DNA of 64,000 nucleotides from Campylobacter sp. VBCF_01 NA2 (GTDB lineage Bacteria; Campylobacterota; Campylobacteria; Campylobacterales; Campylobacteraceae), in the NCBI RefSeq assembly GCF_027797205.1, contig NZ_CP115607.1:1541288-1605287 (forward strand), written 5' to 3'. How positions within the stretch are numbered: position 1 is the first letter of the stretch; every line of letters starts with the position of its first letter. This document shows positions 17,536 to 26,451 of this stretch, piece by piece. Made by a program: the position numbers and the translations under genes. Below the pieces are notes generated by a model that saw nothing but the letters and a program-made list of their open reading frames with translations, was not told where the DNA came from and searched no databases.

Positions 17536-19331
17536 TTCGTCTCCCCTGCCCTAAATTTGGCCTTTGAGGCGTTAAAATCGGCATAAATTTTATCATCGTA
17601 GCGATCGTGACAGATAGCGCAGGCATAGGCGTCAAGGATTTTTTTCATTTGAGTTAAATTTAGCGTGGAATCGTTTTTAGAAATGATTTGATTTTGCGCT
17701 CCTGTGGGGCTAGCAAAGGCGTCAAGGGCGAAATTTAACTCGCCAAAATTTGCCAAATTTGGACTAAATGAAATCTCGCCGTTTTTATAGCCCAAAACAC
17801 CGCGCCCAAGCCCTAGCGAAGACGGCGAGAAGTGGCAAGCGGCGCAGGTTTTGCTCTTGCCAACGCTGTGTTGCGCCCAGCTGGCTAGGCTAAGGGCGTC
17901 AAAGTGCTTCGTGGCGCCATTTTCGTAGATACTAGCCACGACTTGACAGCCTGGGGCGAGGTTTGCGATTTTGCCGTCATTTCTCACGCCCAAAGCTGGG
18001 TCTTCGAAGCGCAAAAAACTACGCATTTCGCTCCACGCACCCTCGCTGTATTCGCCCTTTTGCCACTCAAACTGCTTTGCGCCCGCAAATCTTTGCTCGT
18101 GGCAACCAAAACAGCTTGCCACACTTTTTTCGTGGCAGGCTTGGCAGGATAAATTTGCGTGCAAAGGCTCGTGTGCTGGGTGTTTTAGCGCTGAAATTTC
18201 AAATTTTGCTCCGTCTTTTTTGCGCGTAAGGACTGCTTTTTCGCCCACTTTGGCGACATTGTAAAGCGGGAAATTTCCCTTTTTTGTGTAGGCAATGAGC
18301 GCGCTATCTGGGATATTTGGATTTGTTTTGGCTAAATTTCGCGCCATCTCGTTTGGTGGGGCAAAATTTGGCGCGTGGCAGTCCTCACATGCGATAATCA
18401 CGGCGTGGCGCATATTTGCGTGGTTTTTCTTATCGCCCATTACCCCAAGGCTAGTGTGGCAATCCACACACCCTAACCCTGCCCTTTCATAGTGAATATC
18501 GGCGCGCAAATCGTGAAAATGGCGCCCGTCGGAGAGCGTATGGCTCTGCTCGAAAGGCGCCTTGCTTCCCTCGCTTTCGAATTTTCCATAATACGCAAAA
18601 CCAATGCGAGCCGAGCGGTTGTGGCAGGCTAGGCAGTTTTGGCTAGGGATTGCGGTGGAAAATCGGGTGTGGGTTTTGGGCGCAGTGTTTGGGGAGGTTG
18701 CGTGCGCGCTGGAATTTACACTGGAATTTATGCTTAAATTTGGCGCAGAATTTGCATTTTTGCTAGCAAAAAACGGGGAGAGCAAGAAATTTTCATCTAA
18801 ATTTGAAGCCTTATGACACGCCCCACACCCGCCACCTTTGGCGATATTTTGATTTATAAAAACCTCTTTTTCTTGCGAGATATGACAACTGGCGCAGGCT
18901 TTGGCGTAGTGGTCCTTGGCGAATTTTTCGATTTGCTCTGCGTTAAAATCAGAGCTTGCGCCCTGCTTCGCCCACTCACCTAGCAAATTTTGCTTGATTG
19001 GATTTTGGGTTTGCATTACTGTGGTGCTAACGCGGGCGATTTGGTCCTTGTGACAGCGCGCGCAACGGCTTTTGGCGTTTTCTAGCGTGGCTGGATTTGG
19101 GATTAGGGCGATGTGAGCGAGCGATTTTTCGCTAGCAATCTCGTTGCCCCCATGGCAACTCTGACAGGCAACCTCATCGTGTGAGGGGCTTAGTGAGCCG
19201 TAATTTTCGTGGCAGGCGGTGCATGAGTTTATCTGCGAAAATGCGCTTACGCAAAAAAACAAAATAGCAAAATTTGCGAAAATTTTAAAATTTAGCCCTT
19301 TTAAAATTTCGCAAATTCTTCTCACTAGCAA
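17523..19331 (-). CDS. Periplasmic dodecaheme c-type cytochrome
   Basis: Signal peptide and twelve CXXCH motifs. Overlaps neighbours by 4-13 nt, consistent with translational coupling. Confidence 0.8.
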   Translation of the reverse strand: MLVRRICEILKGLNFKIFANFAILFFCVSAFSQINSCTACHENYGSLSPSHDEVACQSCHGGNEIASEKSLAHIALIPNPATLENAKSRCARCHKDQIARVSTTVMQTQNPIKQNLLGEWAKQGASSDFNAEQIEKFAKDHYAKACASCHISQEKEVFINQNIAKGGGCGACHKASNLDENFLLSPFFASKNANSAPNLSINSSVNSSAHATSPNTAPKTHTRFSTAIPSQNCLACHNRSARIGFAYYGKFESEGSKAPFEQSHTLSDGRHFHDLRADIHYERAGLGCVDCHTSLGVMGDKKNHANMRHAVIIACEDCHAPNFAPPNEMARNLAKTNPNIPDSALIAYTKKGNFPLYNVAKVGEKAVLTRKKDGAKFEISALKHPAHEPLHANLSCQACHEKSVASCFGCHEQRFAGAKQFEWQKGEYSEGAWSEMRSFLRFEDPALGVRNDGKIANLAPGCQVVASIYENGATKHFDALSLASWAQHSVGKSKTCAACHFSPSSLGLGRGVLGYKNGEISFSPNLANFGELNFALDAFASPTGAQNQIISKNDSTLNLTQMKKILDAYACAICHDRYDDKIYADFNASKAKFRAGETKCLE

Positions 19332-19660
19332 CCCTCAAACTGCGCTGGTGCGCCACTAGGTTTCGGCGCGGCGGCTTCGCTTTCATCGGCTTTGGCGCCA
19401 AATTCGTCTATCATACCTTCATCGGCTAGGCGTTGGATGACATCATCATAGCTTTCCCACGCTTTTTTGTTGTAAGCGTCTGCTTGAATCGCCTTTTTTG
19501 CGTATGCCCTAGCAAGTGTGAGATTATTTTTTGCCACAGCTTCGCGTGATAAATTTACAAAATGCTCCGCCTGCGCTTTTGAAGTATTGTAGCTTTGCAA
19601 ATTCTCCGCAAAACCAAAACTGCAAAGTAAAACCATGCTTAAAATTATCTTTTTCATCAT
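19325..19660 (-). CDS. Small secreted protein (TPR-like helical), operon member
   Basis: Signal peptide MMKKIILSMVLLCSFGFA. Helical repeat-like region and an Ala/Pro-rich C-terminus. Confidence 0.5.
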   Translation of the reverse strand: MMKKIILSMVLLCSFGFAENLQSYNTSKAQAEHFVNLSREAVAKNNLTLARAYAKKAIQADAYNKKAWESYDDVIQRLADEGMIDEFGAKADESEAAAPKPSGAPAQFEGC

Positions 19661-19666
19661 TTTCTC

Positions 19667-20287
19667 CTATGAATTTATCGTCACATAATAAACATTTGGT
19701 TCAAGTCCGTCGCTCTCTTTTAGGCGAGTTATACTTGTCGCCTTAGCCAAAATTTGCGAAACATCACTATTTGGGTCATTTAAATCGCCAAAATTTCGCG
19801 ATTTTCCCACGCAGGTGGTTACACAAGCCGGAAGCAAACCTTTATCCACTCTTGGGGCGCAAAATGTGCATTTATCGACGCTTTGCTTGTGTTCGTCGTA
19901 ATATCTGGCATTATACGGACAGGCTACCATACACGCCTTGCACCCTATACAAAGAGAGGGATCGACGATGACGATGCCGTCTTTTTCGCGCTTGAAACTA
20001 GCTTCTGTCGGGCAAACTGCCACGCAAGGGGAGTTTTCGCAGTGGTTACAAAGCACAGGCAAGAAATTTAAAATCGGATTTCCTGCGTTGTCTTCGTTTT
20101 CGACTTCAAAAACCCTTGTGCGATACGCTTCTTTGAAAAGCGGCACTTCCCACTCGGTTTTACACGCTACATAACACGCATCGCACCCGATACAGCGATC
20201 GCCGATAATCACCATAGCTAGGTTTTTTTCTTTTTTGTGATTTTTATTTATTAGTGAGTTCATCTTACGCCCTTTCAAGTCTAACAA
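19667..20287 (-). CDS. 4Fe-4S ferredoxin-type electron-transfer subunit (PsrB/PhsB/DmsB-like)
   Basis: Four Cys clusters (CIGCDACYVAC, CNHCENSPC..CP, CIGCKACMVACP, CTFCAPR). The true start is probably at MNSLINK (about 20263). Confidence 0.8.
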   Translation of the reverse strand: MLDLKGRKMNSLINKNHKKEKNLAMVIIGDRCIGCDACYVACKTEWEVPLFKEAYRTRVFEVENEDNAGNPILNFLPVLCNHCENSPCVAVCPTEASFKREKDGIVIVDPSLCIGCKACMVACPYNARYYDEHKQSVDKCTFCAPRVDKGLLPACVTTCVGKSRNFGDLNDPNSDVSQILAKATSITRLKESDGLEPNVYYVTINS

Positions 20288-22523
20288 AGCCGTTGTTTAA
20301 GCCGCTACAACCACTAACAGGATCAATGTCGTTACTACAAAAATAAACATCGCTAATGCCTTTATCAAAGCCGTTACTCCACTCTTTGCTAACATGCCCA
20401 AAGCCGTGGTGGATAAAGACATTGCCTTTGGTTATTCGCTTTGTGATTTTTATATTTTGCGGTTTTGATTTGAGCCCTGTTTTAGCATTTATCATTATGA
20501 CTTTATCGCCAGTTTTTAAACCTAAATTTGCAGCATCATCAGGATTTATCCAAATCGGGCTATCATCTTCAAGTTCGAGTAAGAGCTTGTTATTTTGGCT
20601 TCTTGCATGTGAGTGAGCAGGGCCTCTACCAAATAAAAGTCTAAATTCGCCTTCTTTTGGCTGTGGCGGTGCTACCCAAGTAGGCAGTGGCGCGCAGACA
20701 TCGCCGTATTCCTCATACATTTTTTCCATATCAGGGTTGTATAGATGAATTTTGCCCGTGCTTGTCGGGAAGCTTAGTGGTTTTCCGCTACTTTGCGGAT
20801 ACGCATCGGCTAAATAATCGCACAAAATGCCGTCTTTTTCAAATTTTTCTTTATCTTCGGGGCTGAGTGAATTTACGAAATTATTTATCGCGTCGCTTGG
20901 CGAAATGGTAAAATACTCGTCCATATCAAAGCGTTTGCAAATCCCACGCACTATGTCAAAAACATGCTTAGTATCGTATAGCGGCTTAATCGCAGCCTTT
21001 CTTACAGCCACAAACGGCACATCGTATTTTTGGATATATGGGCCGTCGTCTTTTTCTAAATATGTGCTTTCAGGCAAAACTATGTCGCAATATGCGCAAA
21101 AATCGTTCATCTGTGTATCTATCGACATAATAAAATCTAGCTTTTCGATTGATTTCATGACGCCGTTTGCTTCGACTGCCGTGTGTCCTAATGGATTTGT
21201 ATCGTAGGTCAGCCACGCTTTTATCGGATATGGTTGTTCGCTTAAAGTCGCGCGATAAATTTCGCCACTTAGTCCTAAATTTGGCGGATTAAACGGCCAC
21301 CTTGTGCCAACGCCATCAGCCCTTGGCTCCCTTACAGCCGGTGCTTCATCATCTTTTGGGAGCTTAGCTAAATTTATACTTTGATTTACCCAAGTTCCGC
21401 CCTTTACGCCGTAATTTCCCATAATCGCATTTAAAATCGCAATTGCTCTTGCTGTTTGCGTGTCGTTTGCGTATCTTGAAAATCTACGCGGTGCGATAGC
21501 TAGGACATGTGGAGCAAATCTGGCAAATTCCCACGCTACTTCTTCAATAGTTTCAGCCTTTATACCGCAAATTTCTTCTGCCCATTTTGGGGTGTATTGT
21601 TTGACATGACGGGCTAGTTTATCAAAGCCGTAGCAGTATTTATTGATAAATTCCATATTTGCTAGATTATCTCTAATTATGACATGGATTAGCGCTAGTG
21701 CTAGTGCCATATCGCACCCCGGTTTTATGCGAAGCCATTTGTGCGCTCTAACGGCACTTTCGCTCTGGCGTGGATCTACATAGACAAGTTTTGCGCCATT
21801 TGCTAGGCCTTCCATAAAATCTCTTGCTTCTCTGACTTGAATCGCTCCTGCCATATTTCTGCCAAATAAAATCATATATTTGGTGTTTGCCATGTCGTAG
21901 TTTTCATGACCCCCGATACCGCCGCCGCCAAATGTCAAAGACCAGCCAATCGCTCTACTGCCACGACACTCAGAAAATGAAGCGTAGCTTACATTTGGAG
22001 TGCCAAGCAAGCTAGCAAATTTGTGAAAATAAGAAGAACAGCTTCCATGAGCAAAGGCTGCAATGCTTTTTGCGCCGTATTTGTCGATGATTTTTTCTAA
22101 ATTTTCATGCACGAAGTCAAACGCTTCGTCCCAGCTGACCTTTTTCCATTTGCCTTCGCCCCGTTTGCCGACTCTAATCATCGGGTATTTTAAGCGATCT
22201 GGATCGTAAGTAGAATAAACCCCTGCATTTCCCTTAGCGCAAATCGTGCCGTAATTGTATGGATTTAGCTTGTTTCCTTCGATTTTGTGAATTTTGCCCT
22301 CTCTTGTAAAAACATTTACGCCACAATTCCAAAAGCACATTTCGCAGTAATTTGGAGTTTTTACGCCTTCGTCGTATTCTAATAAATTTGAAAGCTCGGG
22401 CGAATTTTTGTGCGTTTTTGCCATTAGCGGATTTGGAAGCCCTGTGATACCTGCCGTGCTGGCAACTGCGACGCTAGAAGCCATTTTTAGGAAATTTCGT
22501 CTTGTTATTTTAAGCTCTCTCAT
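20265..22523 (-). CDS. Tat-exported molybdopterin catalytic subunit, polysulfide/thiosulfate/tetrathionate reductase (PsrA/PhsA/TtrA) family
   Basis: Twin-arginine signal TRRNFLKMASS. N-terminal CxxC..C..C FeS0 motif (CEMCFWNCGV...C). Size and architecture fit MopB-family enzymes. Confidence 0.8.
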   Translation of the reverse strand: MRELKITRRNFLKMASSVAVASTAGITGLPNPLMAKTHKNSPELSNLLEYDEGVKTPNYCEMCFWNCGVNVFTREGKIHKIEGNKLNPYNYGTICAKGNAGVYSTYDPDRLKYPMIRVGKRGEGKWKKVSWDEAFDFVHENLEKIIDKYGAKSIAAFAHGSCSSYFHKFASLLGTPNVSYASFSECRGSRAIGWSLTFGGGGIGGHENYDMANTKYMILFGRNMAGAIQVREARDFMEGLANGAKLVYVDPRQSESAVRAHKWLRIKPGCDMALALALIHVIIRDNLANMEFINKYCYGFDKLARHVKQYTPKWAEEICGIKAETIEEVAWEFARFAPHVLAIAPRRFSRYANDTQTARAIAILNAIMGNYGVKGGTWVNQSINLAKLPKDDEAPAVREPRADGVGTRWPFNPPNLGLSGEIYRATLSEQPYPIKAWLTYDTNPLGHTAVEANGVMKSIEKLDFIMSIDTQMNDFCAYCDIVLPESTYLEKDDGPYIQKYDVPFVAVRKAAIKPLYDTKHVFDIVRGICKRFDMDEYFTISPSDAINNFVNSLSPEDKEKFEKDGILCDYLADAYPQSSGKPLSFPTSTGKIHLYNPDMEKMYEEYGDVCAPLPTWVAPPQPKEGEFRLLFGRGPAHSHARSQNNKLLLELEDDSPIWINPDDAANLGLKTGDKVIMINAKTGLKSKPQNIKITKRITKGNVFIHHGFGHVSKEWSNGFDKGISDVYFCSNDIDPVSGCSGLNNGFVRLERA

Positions 22524-23650
22524 TTTTCACTCTCCAAATTTAAAAATGTTTTTCCAAGTGCGTAAATAAAGAGCATTACGCCAATGCCTGAGATAAAAAT
22601 CGTGATTTCTGCCACGCTTGGGCAGTATGAGCCAAACTCTATCTTGCCTAAAAATTCGCTCTCTACTCTTACTAGCTGACCGCCCACAATGCCGTCAAAC
22701 CTAGCAAAAAATACGCCGATAATGGCTAAAATTCCAGCCAAAAATGAAATTTTTAAATTTTGAAATTTAGACAAAATAAGCAAAATCATCGGCAGCAAAA
22801 TTCCAATGCAAATTTCAAAAAAATAGAAATTAAACGACAAATTTCCGTTTGTAAAAACTTCGAAATTTTTTGCCAAATAACTTCCTGCGCCATAGCTTGA
22901 AATCACTGCGTTCCAAAAATTTATAAATAAAACAGCCAAAAGAAGCAAAAACATAAGAATATTCAAATTTCGCAAAATTCGCTCATTTAGGGCTTTTTTG
23001 CTTAAAATTACAAAGGCAAAAATCACGCTTATGCCACAAATCAAAGCTCCTAAAATAAATGAAATGGTAAAGCTTGGCGTATGCCAGATTGGTCTAGCTG
23101 AATTTACGGCAAAGACCATTGAAAGTGTGCTAAAAGCGATTATTCCCATTATAAATGCGACAATTCCTGCGTAAAACGAAGCTTTTTCGCTGTTTTTTAA
23201 CATTAAAATTAGCTCGATTATTAAAAGCGGAGTTTCGATGAGATAAAAAGTGCTCATCCACCAAATCGGGCTTTCTACTGCGAAATTAAAGTAATATCGC
23301 ACGAAGCGCAAAACTTGCAGTTTAAACGGGCTTCCAAGCTCCCAAAAAATCAGCCAAAATGCCGCTAAAAGCGCAGCAATAGCTAAAAGCTGTAAATGGC
23401 GTGAAATTTTAGAAAATGCGTGAAATCCAAAGAGATGATCAGCCGTAGCGATTGTGGCAACTCCCACGCTAATGCCCACAAAAAAGGCATATCCCATAAG
23501 CAAAAGCCCAAGCGGAACCTCGCGGCTGACATTGTAGCTAGCCTCTTGGCCATTTAAAAACACGCTACAAATCCCAATAAGCCCCACTGCGCACAGCGCA
23601 AGTGATAGAAAAAGAAGCCCAAATTTCGGGGTTTTGGCGACTTTTGTCAT
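22520..23650 (-). CDS. NrfD/PsrC-type polytopic membrane quinol-interacting subunit
   Basis: About 9-10 predicted TM helices, of a size typical of NrfD-family anchors. Overlaps both neighbours. Confidence 0.7.
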   Translation of the reverse strand: MTKVAKTPKFGLLFLSLALCAVGLIGICSVFLNGQEASYNVSREVPLGLLLMGYAFFVGISVGVATIATADHLFGFHAFSKISRHLQLLAIAALLAAFWLIFWELGSPFKLQVLRFVRYYFNFAVESPIWWMSTFYLIETPLLIIELILMLKNSEKASFYAGIVAFIMGIIAFSTLSMVFAVNSARPIWHTPSFTISFILGALICGISVIFAFVILSKKALNERILRNLNILMFLLLLAVLFINFWNAVISSYGAGSYLAKNFEVFTNGNLSFNFYFFEICIGILLPMILLILSKFQNLKISFLAGILAIIGVFFARFDGIVGGQLVRVESEFLGKIEFGSYCPSVAEITIFISGIGVMLFIYALGKTFLNLESEK

Positions 23651-24192
23651 CTTTGCTCCTTTAAATTTGATATTAAAAATTTGGCAAAATTTAAAATAAA
23701 CTCAAATTCTTTTAAATTTTCAAAATTTGCTAAATTTTTACTCAAAGGCTCTAAAAAGTCTAAAAATTTAGTAAATTTCAAAAATTTTTCCCACTCGCCC
23801 TGCTCTGCTAAAATCGCGCAAAATGCGAGTAAATTTGAGGCGTGGTCGCAGTTTTTTTCTACCACAAAACCACAAATTTCATAAAATTTGCAAATTTCAT
23901 TATAACTCTCGCCAAACATTTTTTTATCTAACCACACCCCAGCTAGAAGCGAAGTGCCGAATTTGGCTGAGTTTAAATCAAAATAAAAAATGTAATTGCT
24001 GATAATTTCGTCTAAATTTGGCGTTTTTAAATCGTTAAATTTGAAATTTGAAAATTTATTGAAGCGCTTGGCAAATTCGCCGTTTGCAAATTCGCCAAGC
24101 GCGCAGTATTTCTCGCGCCAACCCTCCGCTGGAAAAGCGAGCAGGTCGGCGCATAAGTCTAGGCAATCAATCGAAATTTGATTATTTTTCAT
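23647..24192 (-). CDS. TorD/DmsD-family redox-enzyme maturation chaperone
   Basis: About 180 aa with a DHASNLLAFCAILAE motif resembling the TorD family E(x)PDHxxxELxF signature. Its position next to a Tat molybdoenzyme supports the call. Confidence 0.55.
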   Translation of the reverse strand: MKNNQISIDCLDLCADLLAFPAEGWREKYCALGEFANGEFAKRFNKFSNFKFNDLKTPNLDEIISNYIFYFDLNSAKFGTSLLAGVWLDKKMFGESYNEICKFYEICGFVVEKNCDHASNLLAFCAILAEQGEWEKFLKFTKFLDFLEPLSKNLANFENLKEFEFILNFAKFLISNLKEQR

Positions 24193-25096
24193 CGCCTTTT
24201 AGCACTTTTCTTTTTGGCAAGTTCGAATACTCGACCATGCTTGCTTCGTAGTTTTTGACTTTGTCATTTCCCATGATATATTTTGTCGCAAACCAGCCAC
24301 CACTTGCGTGCCAGCCTGTGTTGCAATACCAAATTTGTGGTGCGTTTGGATCTAGACCTGCTGTTTTAAATAGCTCGCCAACAGCTTCTTTATCGGTGTT
24401 GATATAAAAAACGCCGTCGTTTTCTTTGGCAAGTTTGCCGATAAAGATATTTCCATCAACGCCCTCTAAGTGCCCTGCTTTGGCTGCTTTTGGGTGAGCT
24501 TTTTCGCCAGAGTATTGAGCTTCGATTCTGCCGTCAATTAGCGCTACGCTGTTTGTAACCACAGCCTCGTCGATATCGTAAGCAGTCGCAACGATGTCTT
24601 TGTTAAATTTAGTGATTTTAAAATCGCTTTTTTCTGGTGTGACGGCCTCTGTGCTTAGCTCGCCACCAGCTTTTTTCCAAGCGTCAATTCCGCCGTTTAA
24701 AATCGCTGTGTTTGTAAGTCCGTAGTATTCAGATACGAATAGAGCCAAAGTTGAAAGCGTATAATCAGGAGCGGCTTTTGCGTCGTTATAGAAAACTACT
24801 GCGCTAGTATCTTTGATACCGCTTTTTTGAAATAATCTCTCAACCGTAGTCGGAGAAGCGATAAATCCTGGCATTTCGCCTCTTGCCTCTCTGAAATCAG
24901 CCTCTTTCCAAGCAACTGCACCTTTGATATGACCTGCGCCGTATCCTTCGCCTTCTTGAAGGTCGATTAAAACTAGGTCTTTATCAGCCAAATTCGCTTT
25001 TAGCCACTCGACATCTACGACCTTGTTTTGTGGTAAATCTAGGGCAAATGCGCATGTGCAAGCAGCCGCTAGTAATGATGAAGTAAGTAATTTCAT
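24182..25096 (-). CDS. Periplasmic tandem-rhodanese sulfurtransferase (Sud/thiosulfate-sulfurtransferase-like)
   Basis: Signal peptide, two rhodanese-like halves and a catalytic Cys loop (YCNTGWHASG). First gene of the operon. Confidence 0.7.
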   Translation of the reverse strand: MKLLTSSLLAAACTCAFALDLPQNKVVDVEWLKANLADKDLVLIDLQEGEGYGAGHIKGAVAWKEADFREARGEMPGFIASPTTVERLFQKSGIKDTSAVVFYNDAKAAPDYTLSTLALFVSEYYGLTNTAILNGGIDAWKKAGGELSTEAVTPEKSDFKITKFNKDIVATAYDIDEAVVTNSVALIDGRIEAQYSGEKAHPKAAKAGHLEGVDGNIFIGKLAKENDGVFYINTDKEAVGELFKTAGLDPNAPQIWYCNTGWHASGGWFATKYIMGNDKVKNYEASMVEYSNLPKRKVLKGDEK

Positions 25097-25203
25097 GATA
25101 TCTCCTTAAAAAATGAAATTGTTGCAAAAAAAAATTGTAACAAAATTTAGTAATATTAAATTAAAAATTTATCGAAATTTTATAAGTTAGATTAAAATTT
25201 TCC

Positions 25204-25227
25204 GTGATTTTGTCACAAAAAATGTGA
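25204..25227. promoter_or_regulatory. Overlapping dyad symmetries (gtgattttgtcac / tcacaaaaaatgtga) in the divergent intergenic region between the rhodanese-molybdoenzyme operon and cmeA
   Basis: gtgattttgtcacaaaaaatgtga. TGTGA/TCACA half-sites arranged as two overlapping palindromes. Confidence 0.4.
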
Positions 25228-25344
25228 AAAATTTAGAAATATTAAATTTTCATTTACTTTTGTGTTAATAATTTGTTATGCAGAATTTGGATAAAATCGA
25301 CAGCTTTTTACTTTAATTATTAAAATTTAATAACCGAGGTTTGT

Positions 25345-26445
25345 ATGAAGAAAATTTTCTCACTAATTGCGACGCTAGCACTGCTTAGCGGATGTTCGTA
25401 TTTCGAAAAAAAAGAAGAGGGCGCAGGAGGGGGTGCCAAGGGCGCTGGCGGTATGCCGCCGCTTCAAGTAGCTGTTTTTAAAGCCCAAAAATCCGATGTT
25501 CCAATCGCACTAAAATTTAACGGCGAAACCGCGAGCGATTTAGATGTAACGCTAAAATCACAGGTTTCTGGCACGATAGAAAAACAGCTTTTCACCCCTG
25601 GCGTGCGCGTAGAAAAGGGCGAGGGGCTCTATGAAATCGACAAATCCCGCTACCAAGCGATTTTTAATAGCGCAAAAGCTAGCCTAAACAACGCTAGCGC
25701 AGATTACGAGCGCGCTAGGAAATTAAAGGCGAGCAATACCATTTCAGCGCGCGAATTTGACGGCGCAAAATCAGCTTACGAAGTGGCTAAGGCAAATTTC
25801 GAACGGGCGAAAATCGACCTTGATAATGCCCTTGTCAAAGCCCCGTTTGACGGTATTGTAGGCGATACGCAAAAAGACACTGGCTCGTTTGTGGGCGTGG
25901 GTGAAAATCTAGTCAGACTTACAAAACTAAATCCAATTTATGTGAAATTTGGAATTTCTGATACCGATAAGATGAAAATTGATAGAAATTTAGCCAGCAG
26001 CGATTGGTATATGAAAAATACAAAGGCTACAATTTCCTTTAATGACAAAATTTATGAAGGAAATGTAGTTTTCATCGATAGCGTCGTAGATAGCGCGACT
26101 GCGAGCGTGAGCGCCAAAGCGCAATTTAACAACCTAAATTATGAAATTCAACCAGGAATTTACACTAGAATTTCAGTCGATGGTTTCGTGCAAAAAGATG
26201 GCTTCCAAATTCCGCAAATCGCAGTTTTGCAAGATTTAAGCAACTCTATCGTTTATGTCGTAGATGCAAACAACACTGTGGCTAAAAAAATCGTAAAAGT
26301 TATAGCTCAGGATTCTACGACGATGACCATTTCAGAGGGTTTGAGCGAGGGCGATTTGATTGTTTTGGATAATTTTTCAAAAATTCAAGTTGGTGCTAAG
26401 GTAACCCCGCTTCCGCCAGAAACAGACGCGACAAAGGCTAGGTAG
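25345..26445 (+). CDS. cmeA: RND efflux periplasmic adaptor (membrane fusion) lipoprotein, CmeA-like
   Basis: Lipobox LSGCSY and a hairpin/biotinyl-lipoyl/beta-barrel MFP architecture. Followed by an RND pump gene. Confidence 0.85.
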   Translation: MKKIFSLIATLALLSGCSYFEKKEEGAGGGAKGAGGMPPLQVAVFKAQKSDVPIALKFNGETASDLDVTLKSQVSGTIEKQLFTPGVRVEKGEGLYEIDKSRYQAIFNSAKASLNNASADYERARKLKASNTISAREFDGAKSAYEVAKANFERAKIDLDNALVKAPFDGIVGDTQKDTGSFVGVGENLVRLTKLNPIYVKFGISDTDKMKIDRNLASSDWYMKNTKATISFNDKIYEGNVVFIDSVVDSATASVSAKAQFNNLNYEIQPGIYTRISVDGFVQKDGFQIPQIAVLQDLSNSIVYVVDANNTVAKKIVKVIAQDSTTMTISEGLSEGDLIVLDNFSKIQVGAKVTPLPPETDATKAR

Positions 26446-26451
26446 GCAAGT

